Below are positions 52,210 to 64,000 of a DNA stretch of 64,000 bases, in pieces. The notes below the pieces were generated by a model. It saw only the letters and a program-made list of their open reading frames with translations, did not search any database and was not told the origin of the DNA. Numbering within the stretch: the first letter of the stretch is position 1; each line of letters opens with the position of its first letter. The DNA comes from Octopus vulgaris (taxonomy: Eukaryota): contig OX597816.1 in assembly GCA_951406725.2 (NCBI GenBank), positions 170,190,001 to 170,254,000 on the forward strand, written 5' to 3'. The position numbers and the translations under genes are program-made.

Positions 52210-52572
52210 TTTTATCTTTTACTTGTATCAATAATCAGACAGCAGCCCTGCTGGGGTGCCGCATTGAAGGCTCTTATTTTATTAAGTCTGGTACTCGAGT
52301 TGTTTTGCCGAACCGTTAATGGGGAACTAAACACACCAACACCGGTTGTCAAGCGGTGATAGTGAACAAACACAGTCACAAAGACACACACACACGCACA
52401 CACAAACACACACACACGACGGGGTTCTTTCAGTTTCTGTCAACCAAATCCATTCACAAAGCTTTGGTCAACCCGAGGCCATAGTAATAGATACTCGCCT
52501 CAGGTGCCACGCAGTTAGACTGAACCTGGGACTGAACCTGGTTGTGAAGCTAGCTTCTTACCACACAGCCAT
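52210..52572 (-). mobile_element. Diverged SINE family A
   Basis: tttcagtttctgtcaaccaaatccattcacaaagc...cttaccacacagcca. Confidence 0.85.
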
Positions 52573-52575
52573 GTC

Positions 52576-52621
<46 letters not shown>

Positions 52622-52684
52622 GAGTGTGCGTGCGTGTATGTGTGTATGCGATTTGATAAAACTAATTATTAATAAGTTAATAAC

Positions 52685-53100
52685 TCTTTCTACTATGAGC
52701 ACAAGGCCTGGAATTTAGTGGTAATGGGGCTAGTCAATTACTTCCAATTCTCAACTGGTATTTATTTTATCGACCATGAAATGCAAAGTCGACTTAGTAG
52801 GAATTGATCTTAGAACGTAAAGACGGAGCAAATGCGGTTAAAATCCTGTCATAGTAATGGTGTTCGACATTATAACATACAATTTCCCATTCTTGGCTTC
52901 AAATTTCTGGCACGAGGTCAGCAATTTCGGAGGAGCGGATAAGTAGGTTATATCGACCCCAGTACTTAACTGGTGCGTATTTTAATCGATCCCACCAGGA
53001 ACCTCGGTGGAGAATTTGAATTCAGAATGTAATGACGTATAAAATACCCCCTAAGATCTTTTCCTAACGTGCTAACGCTTCTGGCTGCTCCCCGCTATAG
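52685..53100 (-). mobile_element. Two diverged SINE family B copies
   Basis: caactggta...tcgac...gcaaagtcgac; atcgaccccagtacttaactgg...gtgctaacg. Confidence 0.7.
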
Positions 53101-53454
53101 GATTCCCAGTTGTTAATTGGTGAGTAAGAAGAGAAGTGCATAATTAAACTGTATTCTTCGAAATGACTGAATTAATCAATTGACATATTCACAAGTTGAT
53201 TATGAAACCAATAACTAGTCATTTATTTCAAGCACATATATGCGAAGGGATGAGGAATCCAAACAGATATTACCAAGGATTTCATAACAGAGAGGAAGGT
53301 TAACATTATTCAAGACACGGAGTCGAATAAACAACTGACGCCGAATATTAAGAGTGATTAATTAAACTTTTGCAAACATAGGATCGAAGAAAAATAATGG
53401 GGAGGAAGAAATTAATTACGAACAGCAATGAAATTTGACAATATATAAATATAA

Positions 53455-53608
53455 ATAGATGCATACATACATACATACATACATACATACACATACCTAT
53501 ATATACACACACATACCTATATATACATATATATATACGAGCATATATATACACTTATATATACATATATATGCATACATATATATATACATACATATAT
53601 ATATATTC

Positions 53609-53641
<33 letters not shown>

Positions 53642-53642
53642 C

Positions 53643-53681
<39 letters not shown>

Positions 53682-53725
53682 TAAATATACATATATATAT
53701 ATATATATATACAGGCACACACACA
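53455..53725. repeat. (CATA)n/(TA)n low-complexity array
   Basis: Visible tandem units. Confidence 0.9.
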
Positions 53726-54991
53726 GATATGCAAGTGTTCATGAGGGTATATATCGCGAAAAATACTTGTGTTTTCTTTACACATATATACATTCATAAG
53801 TGCACACACACTCCAGTGTACATAAGTGTATATATCACAAGAAATACGTTTTCATTATGTCCGAAGCAAACTAATAGCCAAGCTATTTAAACTAGGTCAA
53901 AAAGCTTAAGTAGAGGTGAAGCATAAGCAACTCAAACAAAACCACGATCCTCAATTGGAGCAAATAAACTAAGCCAAATAAATACATCATACCGTAAAAA
54001 TTACAAACTCTTGACATCTCGTTTAGATTCTGACGAAGGATTTATGACAGTTCAGGAGTTAATTGTTTTTATTATTAGTGAATGAAATAGATGCTGACAG
54101 TTATTTTAGAATTTTTTCTTGTGATTGTCTTAGAAATTTAGAATGGTAGCTGTATCGACCAAGAAATTAAACAATCATTGCTAGAACCATTGCTTGGGTT
54201 AAGCTGACTATCCATTTCGTTTTACGCTGGAAGTGTCTGGTATGTAGATTAATATTAATAATAATAATAATGAGTATGGAGATTGTATATCCCCAAAATT
54301 TATTTTATAGTTATATACAGCATATATATTTATATAGTTATATACAATTATATACAGTCTGAAGGATAGTGTTGCCGGTGCCCTGATTTTCCTAGTGTTT
54401 GCCTTTTTTTCGTCTTGGTACATTATTCTGATGAGGTTTAGAAGAATGCATTAATATTTAAGGCGGCACTTAGAAATTATTTCTCAACTTGTAATTAAAA
54501 TGTTACGTGTAAAATTTGAATATTAGAAAAAGCATATAAAGAACTTAGGAGAATCCCTGTCCTCAGTGAGTACTGATGGACATAACTGATCATTAGACGA
54601 ATATGGACTAAATAGGTTCATTGTAAGTTACCTATAAGAAGGTACTTGTAAAAAAGCTGCCCGTGGAAGCTATGCTCTGATATTAAAATAATTTGCAGAA
54701 TTTTTTACTTCAATATGTGAGTTTGTATTACAGCACTGAGCCAAAACTTTTTGTTTCCATTGGTATGTGGTTTACTTTGCACGAAAATGTTTCCGATTTA
54801 TGTTACAGATAAGGTCATACTCTTTCAGTTTCCGTATATGCTTGGTAAAGACATATGTCTTGTACGTTGTTTGCTGAACTCTTAATATATCCAAATATTA
54901 CTGCAGACTCTATAATATTTTAAGTACGTTTTGTAATTTTCCACGACCTAAATATTTGTTGTGTGTGTGTGATAGTATATATATATATATA

Positions 54992-55203
54992 TACTCTTTT
55001 ACATGTTTCAGTCATTTGATTGCGGCCATGCTGGAGCACCGCCTTTAGTCGAGCAAATCGACCCCGGGACTTATTCTTTGTAAGCCTAGTACTTATTCTA
55101 TCGGTCTCTTTTGCCGAACCGCTAATTGACGGGGATGTAAACACACCAGCATCGGTTGTCAAGCAATGCTAGGGGGACAAACACAGACACACAAACACAC
55201 ACA

Positions 55204-55260
<57 letters not shown>

Positions 55261-55402
55261 TATACATATATACGACAGGCTTCTTTCAGTTTCTTTCATT
55301 GGTGGGCCCAAGACACTTGCCCAAGATGCCACGCAGTGGAACTGAACCCGGAACCATGTAGTTGGTTAGCAAGCTACTTACCACACAGCCACTCCTGCGC
55401 CT
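54992..55402 (-). mobile_element. SINE family A with a short internal deletion
   Basis: Reverse complement of 27571-28010. Confidence 0.9.
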
Positions 55403-55405
55403 ATA

Positions 55406-55921
55406 TCTATATATATAAAACTGTAGTTGTGTGAGTGTCTGTCCCCTTCGATTTAAATTCCTAACTACTCCCACATTTTGCGGTGCAGTTTAACCAAAAG
55501 CGGGTATCTTATAGTCGTGATTCATATCGAGCCCGTCTGGCTATTAGCGCGCGTCTACGATGAGTCTACGATTTTAAAAATAATTTAACATCATTTTTTA
55601 TTCCATTTTAATGCATAATTTTTCGTGTGTCGATGGCGGCGGAGTTGGCGTCCACGCTCACACCTGCTGCACCTGTTTGCTTTTCCCCCTTCTTCCCTCC
55701 CTCGTGAAGCTGTGGGGAAGGGAGTGTAAGGAAATCAACATCGTAAAGCGTTGTCAAGGAGACCAGCGTTCTTTTAGAACAACGACTTCATGGCTTGAAG
55801 ACACCAAAACAGAAATGGCTAAGAAAGCCCGAATTGGCATCTATAAGGGAAGTAACTCTCTAAAAATGCTTATATAGTTATTTCCCTTACAAACCCGAGC
55901 AACGCCGGGCGATACTGCTAG
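55406..55921 (+). mobile_element. Non-autonomous Helitron, array unit 1
   Basis: A|TC start; cccgagcaacgccggg hairpin + CTAG end; GC-rich internal segment. Confidence 0.85.
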
Positions 55922-56433
55922 TATATATATAAAACTGTAGTTGTGTGAGTGTCTGTCCCCTTCGATTTAGATTCCTAACTACTCCCACATTTTGCGGTGC
56001 AGTTAAACCAAATTCGGGTATCTTATAGTCGTGATTGATATCGAGCCCGTCTGGGTATTAGCGCGCGTCTACGATGAGTCTACGATTTTAAAAATAATTT
56101 AACATAATTTTTTATTCCATTTAATGCATATTTTTTCGTGTGTCGATGGCGGCGGAGTTGGCGTCCACGCTCACACCTGCACTTGTTTGCTTCTCCCCCT
56201 TCTTCCCTCCCTCGTGAAGCTGTGGGGAAGGGAGTGTAAGGAAATCAACGTCGTAATGCGTTGTCAAGGAGACCAGCGTTCTTTTAGAACAACGACTTCA
56301 TGGCCTGAAGTCGCCAAAACAGGAATCGCTAAAAAAGCTGAAACAGATCCACTAAAACGGCAATTACCACCACACAGGACAGGTTTCCTGTGCAAACAAT
56401 TTGCACAACCGAATGTTTTAGTTGTTGCACAAA
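55922..56433 (+). mobile_element. Helitron array unit 2, lacking its own 3' terminus
   Basis: Repeats unit 1 up to ~56335, then unique sequence running into unit 3. Confidence 0.8.
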
Positions 56434-56828
56434 TCTTTATATATAAAAGTAAGGTTGTGTGTCTGTCTCCTACGATTTAGATTCCTAACTACTCCCACAT
56501 TTCGCGGTGCAGTGTAACCAAAACCGGGTATCTTATAGTCGGGATTCATATCGAGCCCTTCTGGGTATTAGCGCGCGTCTACGATGAGTCAACGATTAAA
56601 AAAAAATTACCATCATTTTTTATTCCATTTTAATGCATTTCTCGCTATTATATAAGGGAAGTAACTCTCTAAAAATGTCTACGATGAGTCAACGATTTTT
56701 AAAAAAAATTACCATCATTTTTTATCCATTTTGAATGCATTTTTTTCTATTTTTTTGCTATAACTCACGAAAAATGCTTATATAGTTATTTCCCTTACAA
56801 AGCCGAGCAACGCCGGGCGATACTGCTA

Positions 56829-56829
<1 letters not shown>
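56434..56829 (+). mobile_element. Helitron array unit 3 (same subtype as 3642-4034)
   Basis: A|TC start, hairpin + CTAG|T end. Confidence 0.85.
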
Positions 56830-56862
<33 letters not shown>

Positions 56863-57307
56863 TTAACAGAATTTAGAATAAAATCACGTTAATGATTATA
56901 TCAAGTGGCCAGCATGAAATAAGACCTTATATACTAAACTAATGATTATATATATAAATATATAATTATATTAAATGGATCATGAAAGTAGACGCCAAAG
57001 GTGCTAAAACAAAACACTGTATAACTGTGCAAAACACGGGTTGTATGCGGGCTGATGAAAAATACTAAATAAGACTTCACAGTAAATTGTGTATTGGGTA
57101 CAATTTCGGTATTAAAACAATACAATAAAAAGAGCGTATTTCCCATCCTCAGCACAATATTCAAAGAACATAATCACAGATACTTATGCATACCCATACG
57201 AAGCAAAGGCGTACGTCTATATATAAATATATGTGCTTATGCACCAGATAAAGTCAAATTTTTACTTTTAATTTCAGCCACGTGATATTTATTGAAATAG
57301 TCTCGCA

Positions 57308-57392
<85 letters not shown>

Positions 57393-57393
<1 letters not shown>

Positions 57394-57965
57394 TAGGAAA
57401 GGCACTTGGCATTGTTCGGGAATTAAATTGTTCCTTATATATTAAAAGAAAAAAGCAAAATATGTTGTACAGACATTTTTTATTCTAAATTCAATTTATT
57501 CTTCAATCGGAATACATGAAGAAAATTAATTCTGAATTCATAATACAGAAAAAAAAAAACATTAAACAATAACAATAATAAACGAAAATAAGAAATTTAG
57601 CACTTTTATTAAGGGAGATATATTCTATCATATATGTTGAAGACGCAACTCTTTTGAGAAGCGTATTCAGCCTGTCTTGATCATGACGCTTACCTCTTTC
57701 CTCTGAGGATTGGCGATGTCTTGCAGGAACTTTTTCCTCCTGGCTCTTCCTTTTTTTTTTAGTCTTATCTCTTGCTGACTATTGTCTTATTGGGAATTCT
57801 GGCAGCCTGTCTTTGTCTTGCATCTTTAAACGTTTTCTCTCTCCTTTTTTGACCCTTGGCTCCTGCGGATTGCATTTTGCTGACGTAATTGTTCTAACCG
57901 CTTTTCCCATGTCTCTTGTGAATAATTGGCCCTGCATGCAGTAGCTCACCTTCGGTCGTTTTCAT
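57393..57965 (-). mobile_element. Older Helitron remnant
   Basis: Minus strand ends cccgaacaatgccaag...CTAG|T; upstream SQETWEKRLEQLRQQNAIRR and SEERGKRHDQDR repeats. Confidence 0.55.
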
Positions 57966-58175
57966 GTATGTTTTATCTTTGAATTGCTTCAGTCATTTGA
58001 CTGTGGCTATGCTGGGATACCACCTTGAAGAGTTTTAGTCGATCAAATCGATTCCTGGACTTATTTTTTAAAGCTCAGTACTTATTTTATCGGTCGCTTT
58101 TGTTGAAGTGCTATGAAATGCTACGGGGACGTAGACACACCAACACTTGTTGTCAAATGGTGGTGAGGAACAAAC
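57965..58175 (-). mobile_element. SINE family A 3' half
   Basis: ttcagtcatttgactgtggctatgctgg...tttagtcgatcaaatcga...gtacttattttatcggtc. Confidence 0.8.
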
Positions 58176-58567
58176 CGAGTGCGACGATATAAAAAATGAA
58201 TCAAGTGAAAGCAAACGTTTCCTAATAACCGAAAGAGAGTTATCTGTATGGTTTACACGGAAAGAAAATCAGTATAGTCTATAAGTACACGCACATGCAC
58301 AAACACAATCGAAGGCAACTTTATTTGTGTGTGTGTGTGTCTTTGAGCTTTAGTTCGTCCCTGATCACCACTTGACAACTGGTGTCGATTTATTTACGTT
58401 CTTTTTTTTACGTCCCCCTAACTGAGCGTATCGGCCTAGTATTAGCACCAGGCTTTAAAAATGCAAATACTGGAGTCGACTAAAATCCTTCTAGTTTGGT
58501 TCGAAGACGCTGTTCTTGTTGGGGCGTCAGTTGTGGTGTTTTTAATCGTAGGGCTTATTCTACTGTA

Positions 58568-58952
58568 GTGGAGGCGCAATGGCCCAGTGGTTAGGGCAGC
58601 GGACTCGCGGTCATAGGATCGCGGTTTCGATTCCCAGACCGGGCGTTGTGAGTGTTTATTGAGCGAAAACACCTAAAAGCTCCACGAGGCTCCGGCAGGG
58701 GATGGTGGTGATCCCTGCTGTACTCTTTCACCACAACTTTCTCTCACTCTTACTTCCTGTTTCTGTTGTACCTGTATTTCAAGGGGCCGGCCTTGTCACT
58801 CTCTGTGTCACGCTGAATATCCCCGAGAACTATGTTAAGGGTGCACGTGTCTGTAGAGTGCTCAGCCACTTACACGCAAATTTCACGAGCAGGCTGTTCC
58901 GTTGATTCGGATCAACCGGAACCCTCATCGTCGTAACCGACGGAGTGCTTCC
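58568..58952 (+). mobile_element. tRNA-derived SINE, family C, with Nin/Deu-like 3' domain
   Basis: A-box tggcccagtgg, B-box ggtttcgattccc; gagtgctcagccacttacacg; possible TSD tattcta(c/g)tgt at 58556 and 58963. Confidence 0.85.
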
Positions 58953-59287
58953 CCCTGTCCCCTATTCTAGTGTCGAAAGTGTCTGTTGTACTAGTTTGTG
59001 AGTGATTATTTTCCTGTTTGCTTCAATGTTATCATAGTATTACTTTTCACTGTTGATATGTTTGTTATATTTATGGTGACAGTCGCAGTTTGGCTTCCAC
59101 GTCTATTTTCCTATGTGTTAATTTGTCGTTGTCACTATTGTTGTAATTGCTATTGTTGTTCATAAATTTTCTATGAACTATAGCAGGTAATGGTGGGAAA
59201 GTATTTCGATAATAGCTTTTGCAATGACCATCGCTTCCTTACATCTGAGGAGCTTATTGTTATTAAAAATATGTATATATAATTATA

Positions 59288-59535
59288 GTGGAGGTGCGTG
59301 GCTTAGTGGTTAGGGTGTCAGCATCATGAACTTAAGATTGTGGTTTCGATTCCTTGACCGGGCAATGCGTTGTGTTCTTGAGCAAAACACTTCATTTCAC
59401 GTTGCTCCAGTCCACTCAGCTGGCAAAAATCAGTAACGCTACGATGGACTAACATCACGTCCAGCTGGAGAACACATACGCCATAGAAACCGGGCCCGTG
59501 AGGCTGGCTAGGCTTTAAAAGGGCGCATTTATTAT
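59288..59535 (+). mobile_element. SINE family C variant with V-domain-like segment
   Basis: Similar head, ttgagcaaaacacttcatttcacgttgctccag core, then cgatggactaacatcacgtccag. Confidence 0.75.
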
Positions 59536-59962
59536 TTTTTTATATATAATTATTTGAATTCACTCTTTTAAACTTCAAAAATATTCTACGAAGAGACCAA
59601 CATTTCAGATAGCTTTCTGTCCTCAGATGATAGATACTATATGGCTCAGTAACAAAATGACACAACGAAAAGCTAAGTAACTTTGTTCAAAACAATGAAA
59701 TTCAGTAACAACTTCCGTGCTCCTTATCGGCGCCTTTCGCTTGGAACTCCGATAATAATAATTCTATTAAATTTTGACACGAAGCCAATCATTTTGAGAT
59801 AAGGAGACCGTGGATTACATTAATCCTAGTACTTCGAAATTTGCTCTATTTTACCGAAATCGAAAAGATTAAAGGCGAAGATGGTCCCGGCGGTATATAA
59901 ATTCACAAATTAAAGAGCGAAGCATTTTCTCAAATGCACTAACGATTTCAGAAGTCACCGCT

Positions 59963-60044
<82 letters not shown>

Positions 60045-60109
60045 TGATGATGATGATAATAATGATGTTAATAATAATAGTAATAACAATAATAATAATA
60101 ATGATAATA

Positions 60110-60770
60110 ACGAACGGGTGCTGCGCAGCGAATAAAAGCCGGAGCTCTGGAGTGAATAACGAACACCTTACAGAAATTCTACATGGCGTCAGGGAAACAG
60201 TTCGATTGAAGTAAAACACCCACCTGATATGAAAGAAGTAGTGCCATTTTGGAAAAGTATATGGAACGATAGAAAGGAATTCAAAAAGGATGCTGAATGG
60301 GTAGGGAGAGAAGAAGAAAGATTTGTTAGGATTGAAGAACAGCGATGGAATGATATTGCAATGGAGGAATTAACTCAAGTTCTATCCCAAGCTCATCAGT
60401 GGTACTCTCCTGCACATGAGAAAATCTCAAACTTCTGGATTAATAGCCTCTCATCATCGAACTGTCAATTAATGGAATGTTTCCCTTACATCATCAGAAA
60501 TCCCGAAAAGAATCCAAGCTAGCTAACATTAGGGATAACATACCTATTCCGTAAAGCGAGTGACACAAAACCCCGCCAAAACTACAGGCCAATCACTTGT
60601 TTGATCACAATGTACGAATTACTTATATCGATCCTCACCGAAAGGATGTATCAAATTGTCGATGAAAACAATATTCTTCCTCTTGAACAATAAAGGTGTA
60701 AAAGAAACTTATACGGTTGCAAAGACCCGCTATTAATAATCCGTTTGATACGCGAAAATTGCTGGGGTAA
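60110..60770 (+). mobile_element. R4/Dong-like LINE RT fragment after (AAT)n
   Basis: FWKSIWN, KISNFWIN, QNYRPITCLITMY, YGCKDPLLI. Confidence 0.85.
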
Positions 60771-61462
60771 TTTGAAATGGTATTCAGGCAACCCCAGACA
60801 TAATGTAAATTAGATTTTAGATTACCGGATGGTCACTTTAAAAGGGAAGTAACTTGATGTCTTTACACTGTCCTGGTTAAGCAAAGTTAGTACCTGAAAT
60901 TAAACTCCGTATTGTCAAGTAATGCTAAGTCAATCCACTTTTGCATTACACAAGCAAACACCAGTCCTTATTTTGTTGTTGTTGGTGGTGGTGGTGTTGG
61001 GGCTGATTGCGTTAGTTTGGTTATTTTACTATTTTCGATTTGTGGTTGCTTATTGTTGTTATAATTGTTGTTCTTGTTCATTTTGGCAATGTCTGAGACA
61101 CGAAGTATCGCATTAACTCTGGTACCAGTAACAGTTAAGTCAATTTCTTTTCTAGAAGTGGCAATTGAGATATATCTCTTGTGTTTTTTGCATACTGGAA
61201 AATTAAACGGCGTGAGCTCTATGCCGGGAAAGGGCGAATAAGCCATGTCGTGCTTAAAACATGAAGTCAAGTATTTCTGTAGAATTTCTGTCACACTTAG
61301 GAATCAAACGTAACAAGTTTAGAAGACTCGGTCGGAGAAATAAAAGAAATGATGGAAAAAATTTACCACTGCAAAATTAGCGTTGCTTTCACGTCTGGTG
61401 TCATTGTCTTAAGTAAAAGAAGAAACAGAAAAAGAAGAAAAACAACAACAGCAGCAGCGGCA

Positions 61463-61474
61463 GTAGTAGTAGTT

Positions 61475-61527
<53 letters not shown>

Positions 61528-61638
61528 CGTGGGAAATGGAGAATGCTCCTAACGTTCAAATAAGCAGATTGACGATGATGATGAATATGATGATAGCCAT
61601 CATCATCATCATCATCATCGTCGTCGTCGTCGTCATCG

Positions 61639-61673
<35 letters not shown>

Positions 61674-61712
61674 GTCATCGTCGTCGTCGTCGTCGTCATC
61701 GTCATCATCACC
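61463..61712. repeat. (GTA)n and (CAT/CGT)n microsatellites
   Basis: Visible tandem units. Confidence 0.9.
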
Positions 61713-62325
61713 ATGCGTATGCTTGCTGCTGATTCTGTTGACGCTAAGATTTTATGATAAATATCTTTACATGCCTAACTTTCACAGGGAAGCATGTTTA
61801 ATCAATTCAATCGATATTGAATTTCGCCCACACAGAGTTTCAAACAGATATACATATAAGCAGTTAAATACACACACTCACACACACACACGCACACACA
61901 CGCACACACACACACACACACACTTAAACATATCCCGCTTTTCTTATCTTTTATTTGTTTCAGTCGCTGAACTTCAGTCAGGCAGTGGGACTGGCTGAAG
62001 AGTTCGATCGAAGAAATCGACCCCCATTACTTGCTGTGTGTGCGTGCATGTGTGTGTCTGTATGTCTGTGTGTGTGTGTGTGCGTGTGCTTACATACTTG
62101 CATGCTTACACACACACACATGTATATAATAAGTAAAATGGATTAAAAAATCCAGGCGGATATCTTCAAAGCATCAGTGTTAAACGAATTTGGTTAGCTC
62201 TATCTCGCAATCAGATACCAATAAAGGCAAGTAGAATAAACATTCAAATTAATTCCTCCTCTATGACAAGTAGATCCAAATATCGTTTAGAAGAATTTCA
62301 AGAAATTTGAATATATGAGAACGTA

Positions 62326-62498
62326 GGCGCAGGAGTGGTTGTGTGGTAAGTAGCTTGCTTACCAACCACATGGTTCCGGGTTCAGTCCCACTGCGTGGCA
62401 TCTTGGGCAAGTGTCTTCTGCTATAGCCTCGGGCCAACCAAAGCCTTGTGAGTGGATTTGGTAGACGGAAACTGAAAGAAGCCCGTCGTATATATGTT

Positions 62499-62545
<47 letters not shown>

Positions 62546-62724
62546 ATGTTTGTGTGTCTGTGTTTGTCCCCCTAGCATTGCTTGACAACCGATGCTGGCG
62601 TCTTTACGTCCCCGTCACTTAGCGGTTCGCCAAAAGAGACCGATAGAATAAGTACTGGGCTTACAAAGAATAAGTCCCGGGGTCGATTTGCTCGACTAAA
62701 GGCGGTGCCCCAGCATGGCCGCAG
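62326..62724 (+). mobile_element. SINE family A
   Basis: Near-identical to 27571-27975. Confidence 0.92.
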
Positions 62725-62785
62725 AACAACTAAAATAAAGATGGAGAAAAATCACATCCTTACCTGGTGATTACACCATACAATG

Positions 62786-63105
62786 TGAAGGTGCATCGCT
62801 TAGTGGTTAGGATATTCGGATCACGATCACAAGGTCGTGAGTTCAATTTCCGGCGACGCGCAATGTCCTTGAGCAAGACGCTCTATTTCACGTTGCTCCA
62901 GTTCATTCAGCTGGCAAAAATGAGTAGTACCTGTATATCAAAGGCCCAACTTTGTTACATTCTGTGTCACACTGAATCTCCCTGAGAACTACGTTGGCGG
63001 TACACGTGTCTGTGGAGTGCTCAACCACTTTCATGCTAATTTCACGAGCAGGCTCTTCCGTTGATCGGATCAACTAGAACCCTCATCGTCGTGAACGACA
63101 GAGCA
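62786..63105 (+). mobile_element. SINE family C variant (core + Nin/Deu-like 3' domain)
   Basis: Core shared with 59288; 3' half shared with ~58770-58950. Confidence 0.8.
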
Positions 63106-63183
63106 GTAGTAGTTGATACACAACATACAATATCGACGATTGTTTCTGTTATGCCAGTATACTTAGATAGAGAAAATATTCAT

Positions 63184-63570
63184 AGGAGTGGCTGTGTGGT
63201 AAGTAGCTTGCTTACCAACCACATGGTTCCGGGTTCAGTCCCCTGCGTGGCACCTTGGCCAAGTGTCTTCTACTATAGCCTCGGGCCGACCAAAGCCTTG
63301 TGAGTGGATTTGGTAGACGGATACTGAAAGAAGCCCGTCGTATATATGTATATATATGTATGTATGTGTATCTGTATATGTTTGTGTGTCTGTGTTTGTC
63401 CCCCCCAACATCGCTGGACAACCGATGCTAGTGTGTTTACGTCCCCGGCAAAAGAGACCAATAGAATAAGTACTAGGCTTACAAAGAGTAAGTCCTGGGG
63501 TCGATTTGCCCGACTAAAAGGTGATGCTCCAGTATGGCCACAGTCAAATGACTGAAACAAGTAAAAGAGT
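63184..63570 (+). mobile_element. SINE family A
   Basis: Same head, core and tail as the other copies. Confidence 0.9.
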
Positions 63571-63689
63571 ATAGTGATGTATCCGAAAATACATGTTAAA
63601 ACAGCGTTATCAAGGCAAACCAAAATTGGTTAAATTCAAAGTGAACTAAGAAAATATCTCAACTAGACGAAAGCATACACTGGGAAAGT

Positions 63690-64000
63690 GTATCCTATCT
63701 GCAGTTCATTCAACTGTGCGTGCTGGTAGCGCAGGGCTTGGAATTTTTCAGCATTAGACTGCATCTTATTGTCCGCAGTTCACCTGTATATTGTTTCAAC
63801 TCCTTCGGACTATTCGTTCCGTGACTTTGTGGATGTGTGAAGTCAGAGACATAGACCTATACGTTTTAGCATCTACTCCTTTATGAATAAGGCATATTGT
63901 TCCCTCCTTCAATTTGCCTGGAAGCTTTTCACCTGTAAGGACGATCTGAAAAACAGGATATAGTGGTTTTGCATGGGCTCGTTTCTATGATCCGTGAAGG
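63690..64000 (-). mobile_element. CR1/L2-like LINE RT fragment with internal deletion
   Basis: KLPGKLKEGTICLIHKG..YRSMSLTSHIHKVTERIVR joined to ADNKMQSNAEKFQALRY. Confidence 0.8.

Noticed and set aside
54425-54485. CTGATGA...GAAA hammerhead candidate
   Set aside because: Stems I-III do not pair convincingly.
55406-56829. CRISPR-like or satellite array
   Set aside because: Units are 400-500 bp with Helitron termini; eukaryotic context and no cas genes.
58570-58642. tRNA-like sequence
   Set aside because: It is a SINE head that continues into SINE body; no proper acceptor stem or Pol III terminator.
62261-62770. Recurring ORFs such as ARGYSRRHLPK and TTDAGVFTSP
   Set aside because: Chance frames within SINE family A copies; they recur only because the SINE does.

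Overview
AT-rich eukaryotic genomic DNA, rich in microsatellites and made almost entirely of nested transposable elements. The SINE and LINE repertoire points to a coleoid cephalopod, probably Octopus (inference). I found no convincing host protein-coding gene, rRNA, true tRNA or CRISPR; most listed ORFs are microsatellite or SINE artefacts. Contents: many tRNA-derived SINE copies of three types; RTE, CR1/L2-like, L1/Tx1-like and R4/Dong-like (restriction-like endonuclease, RLE) LINE remnants; Penelope-like element (PLE) remnants; a full-length dead mariner; an internally deleted pogo-like transposon; and non-autonomous Helitrons. Most notable: (1) several short microsatellite-flanked segments with minimal hammerhead-ribozyme motifs and/or long fold-back inverted repeats (~4.9, 7.2, 15.2, 15.6, 21.6, 36.1 and 39.2 kb), interpreted as PLE ends; (2) R4/Dong-like LINEs and a young non-coding element repeatedly inserted into (TAA)n arrays; (3) a tandem, chimeric Helitron array; (4) a young RTE insertion whose 5' junction is duplicated by an exact 100-bp tandem repeat. 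Boundaries of decayed elements are approximate and were read by eye.
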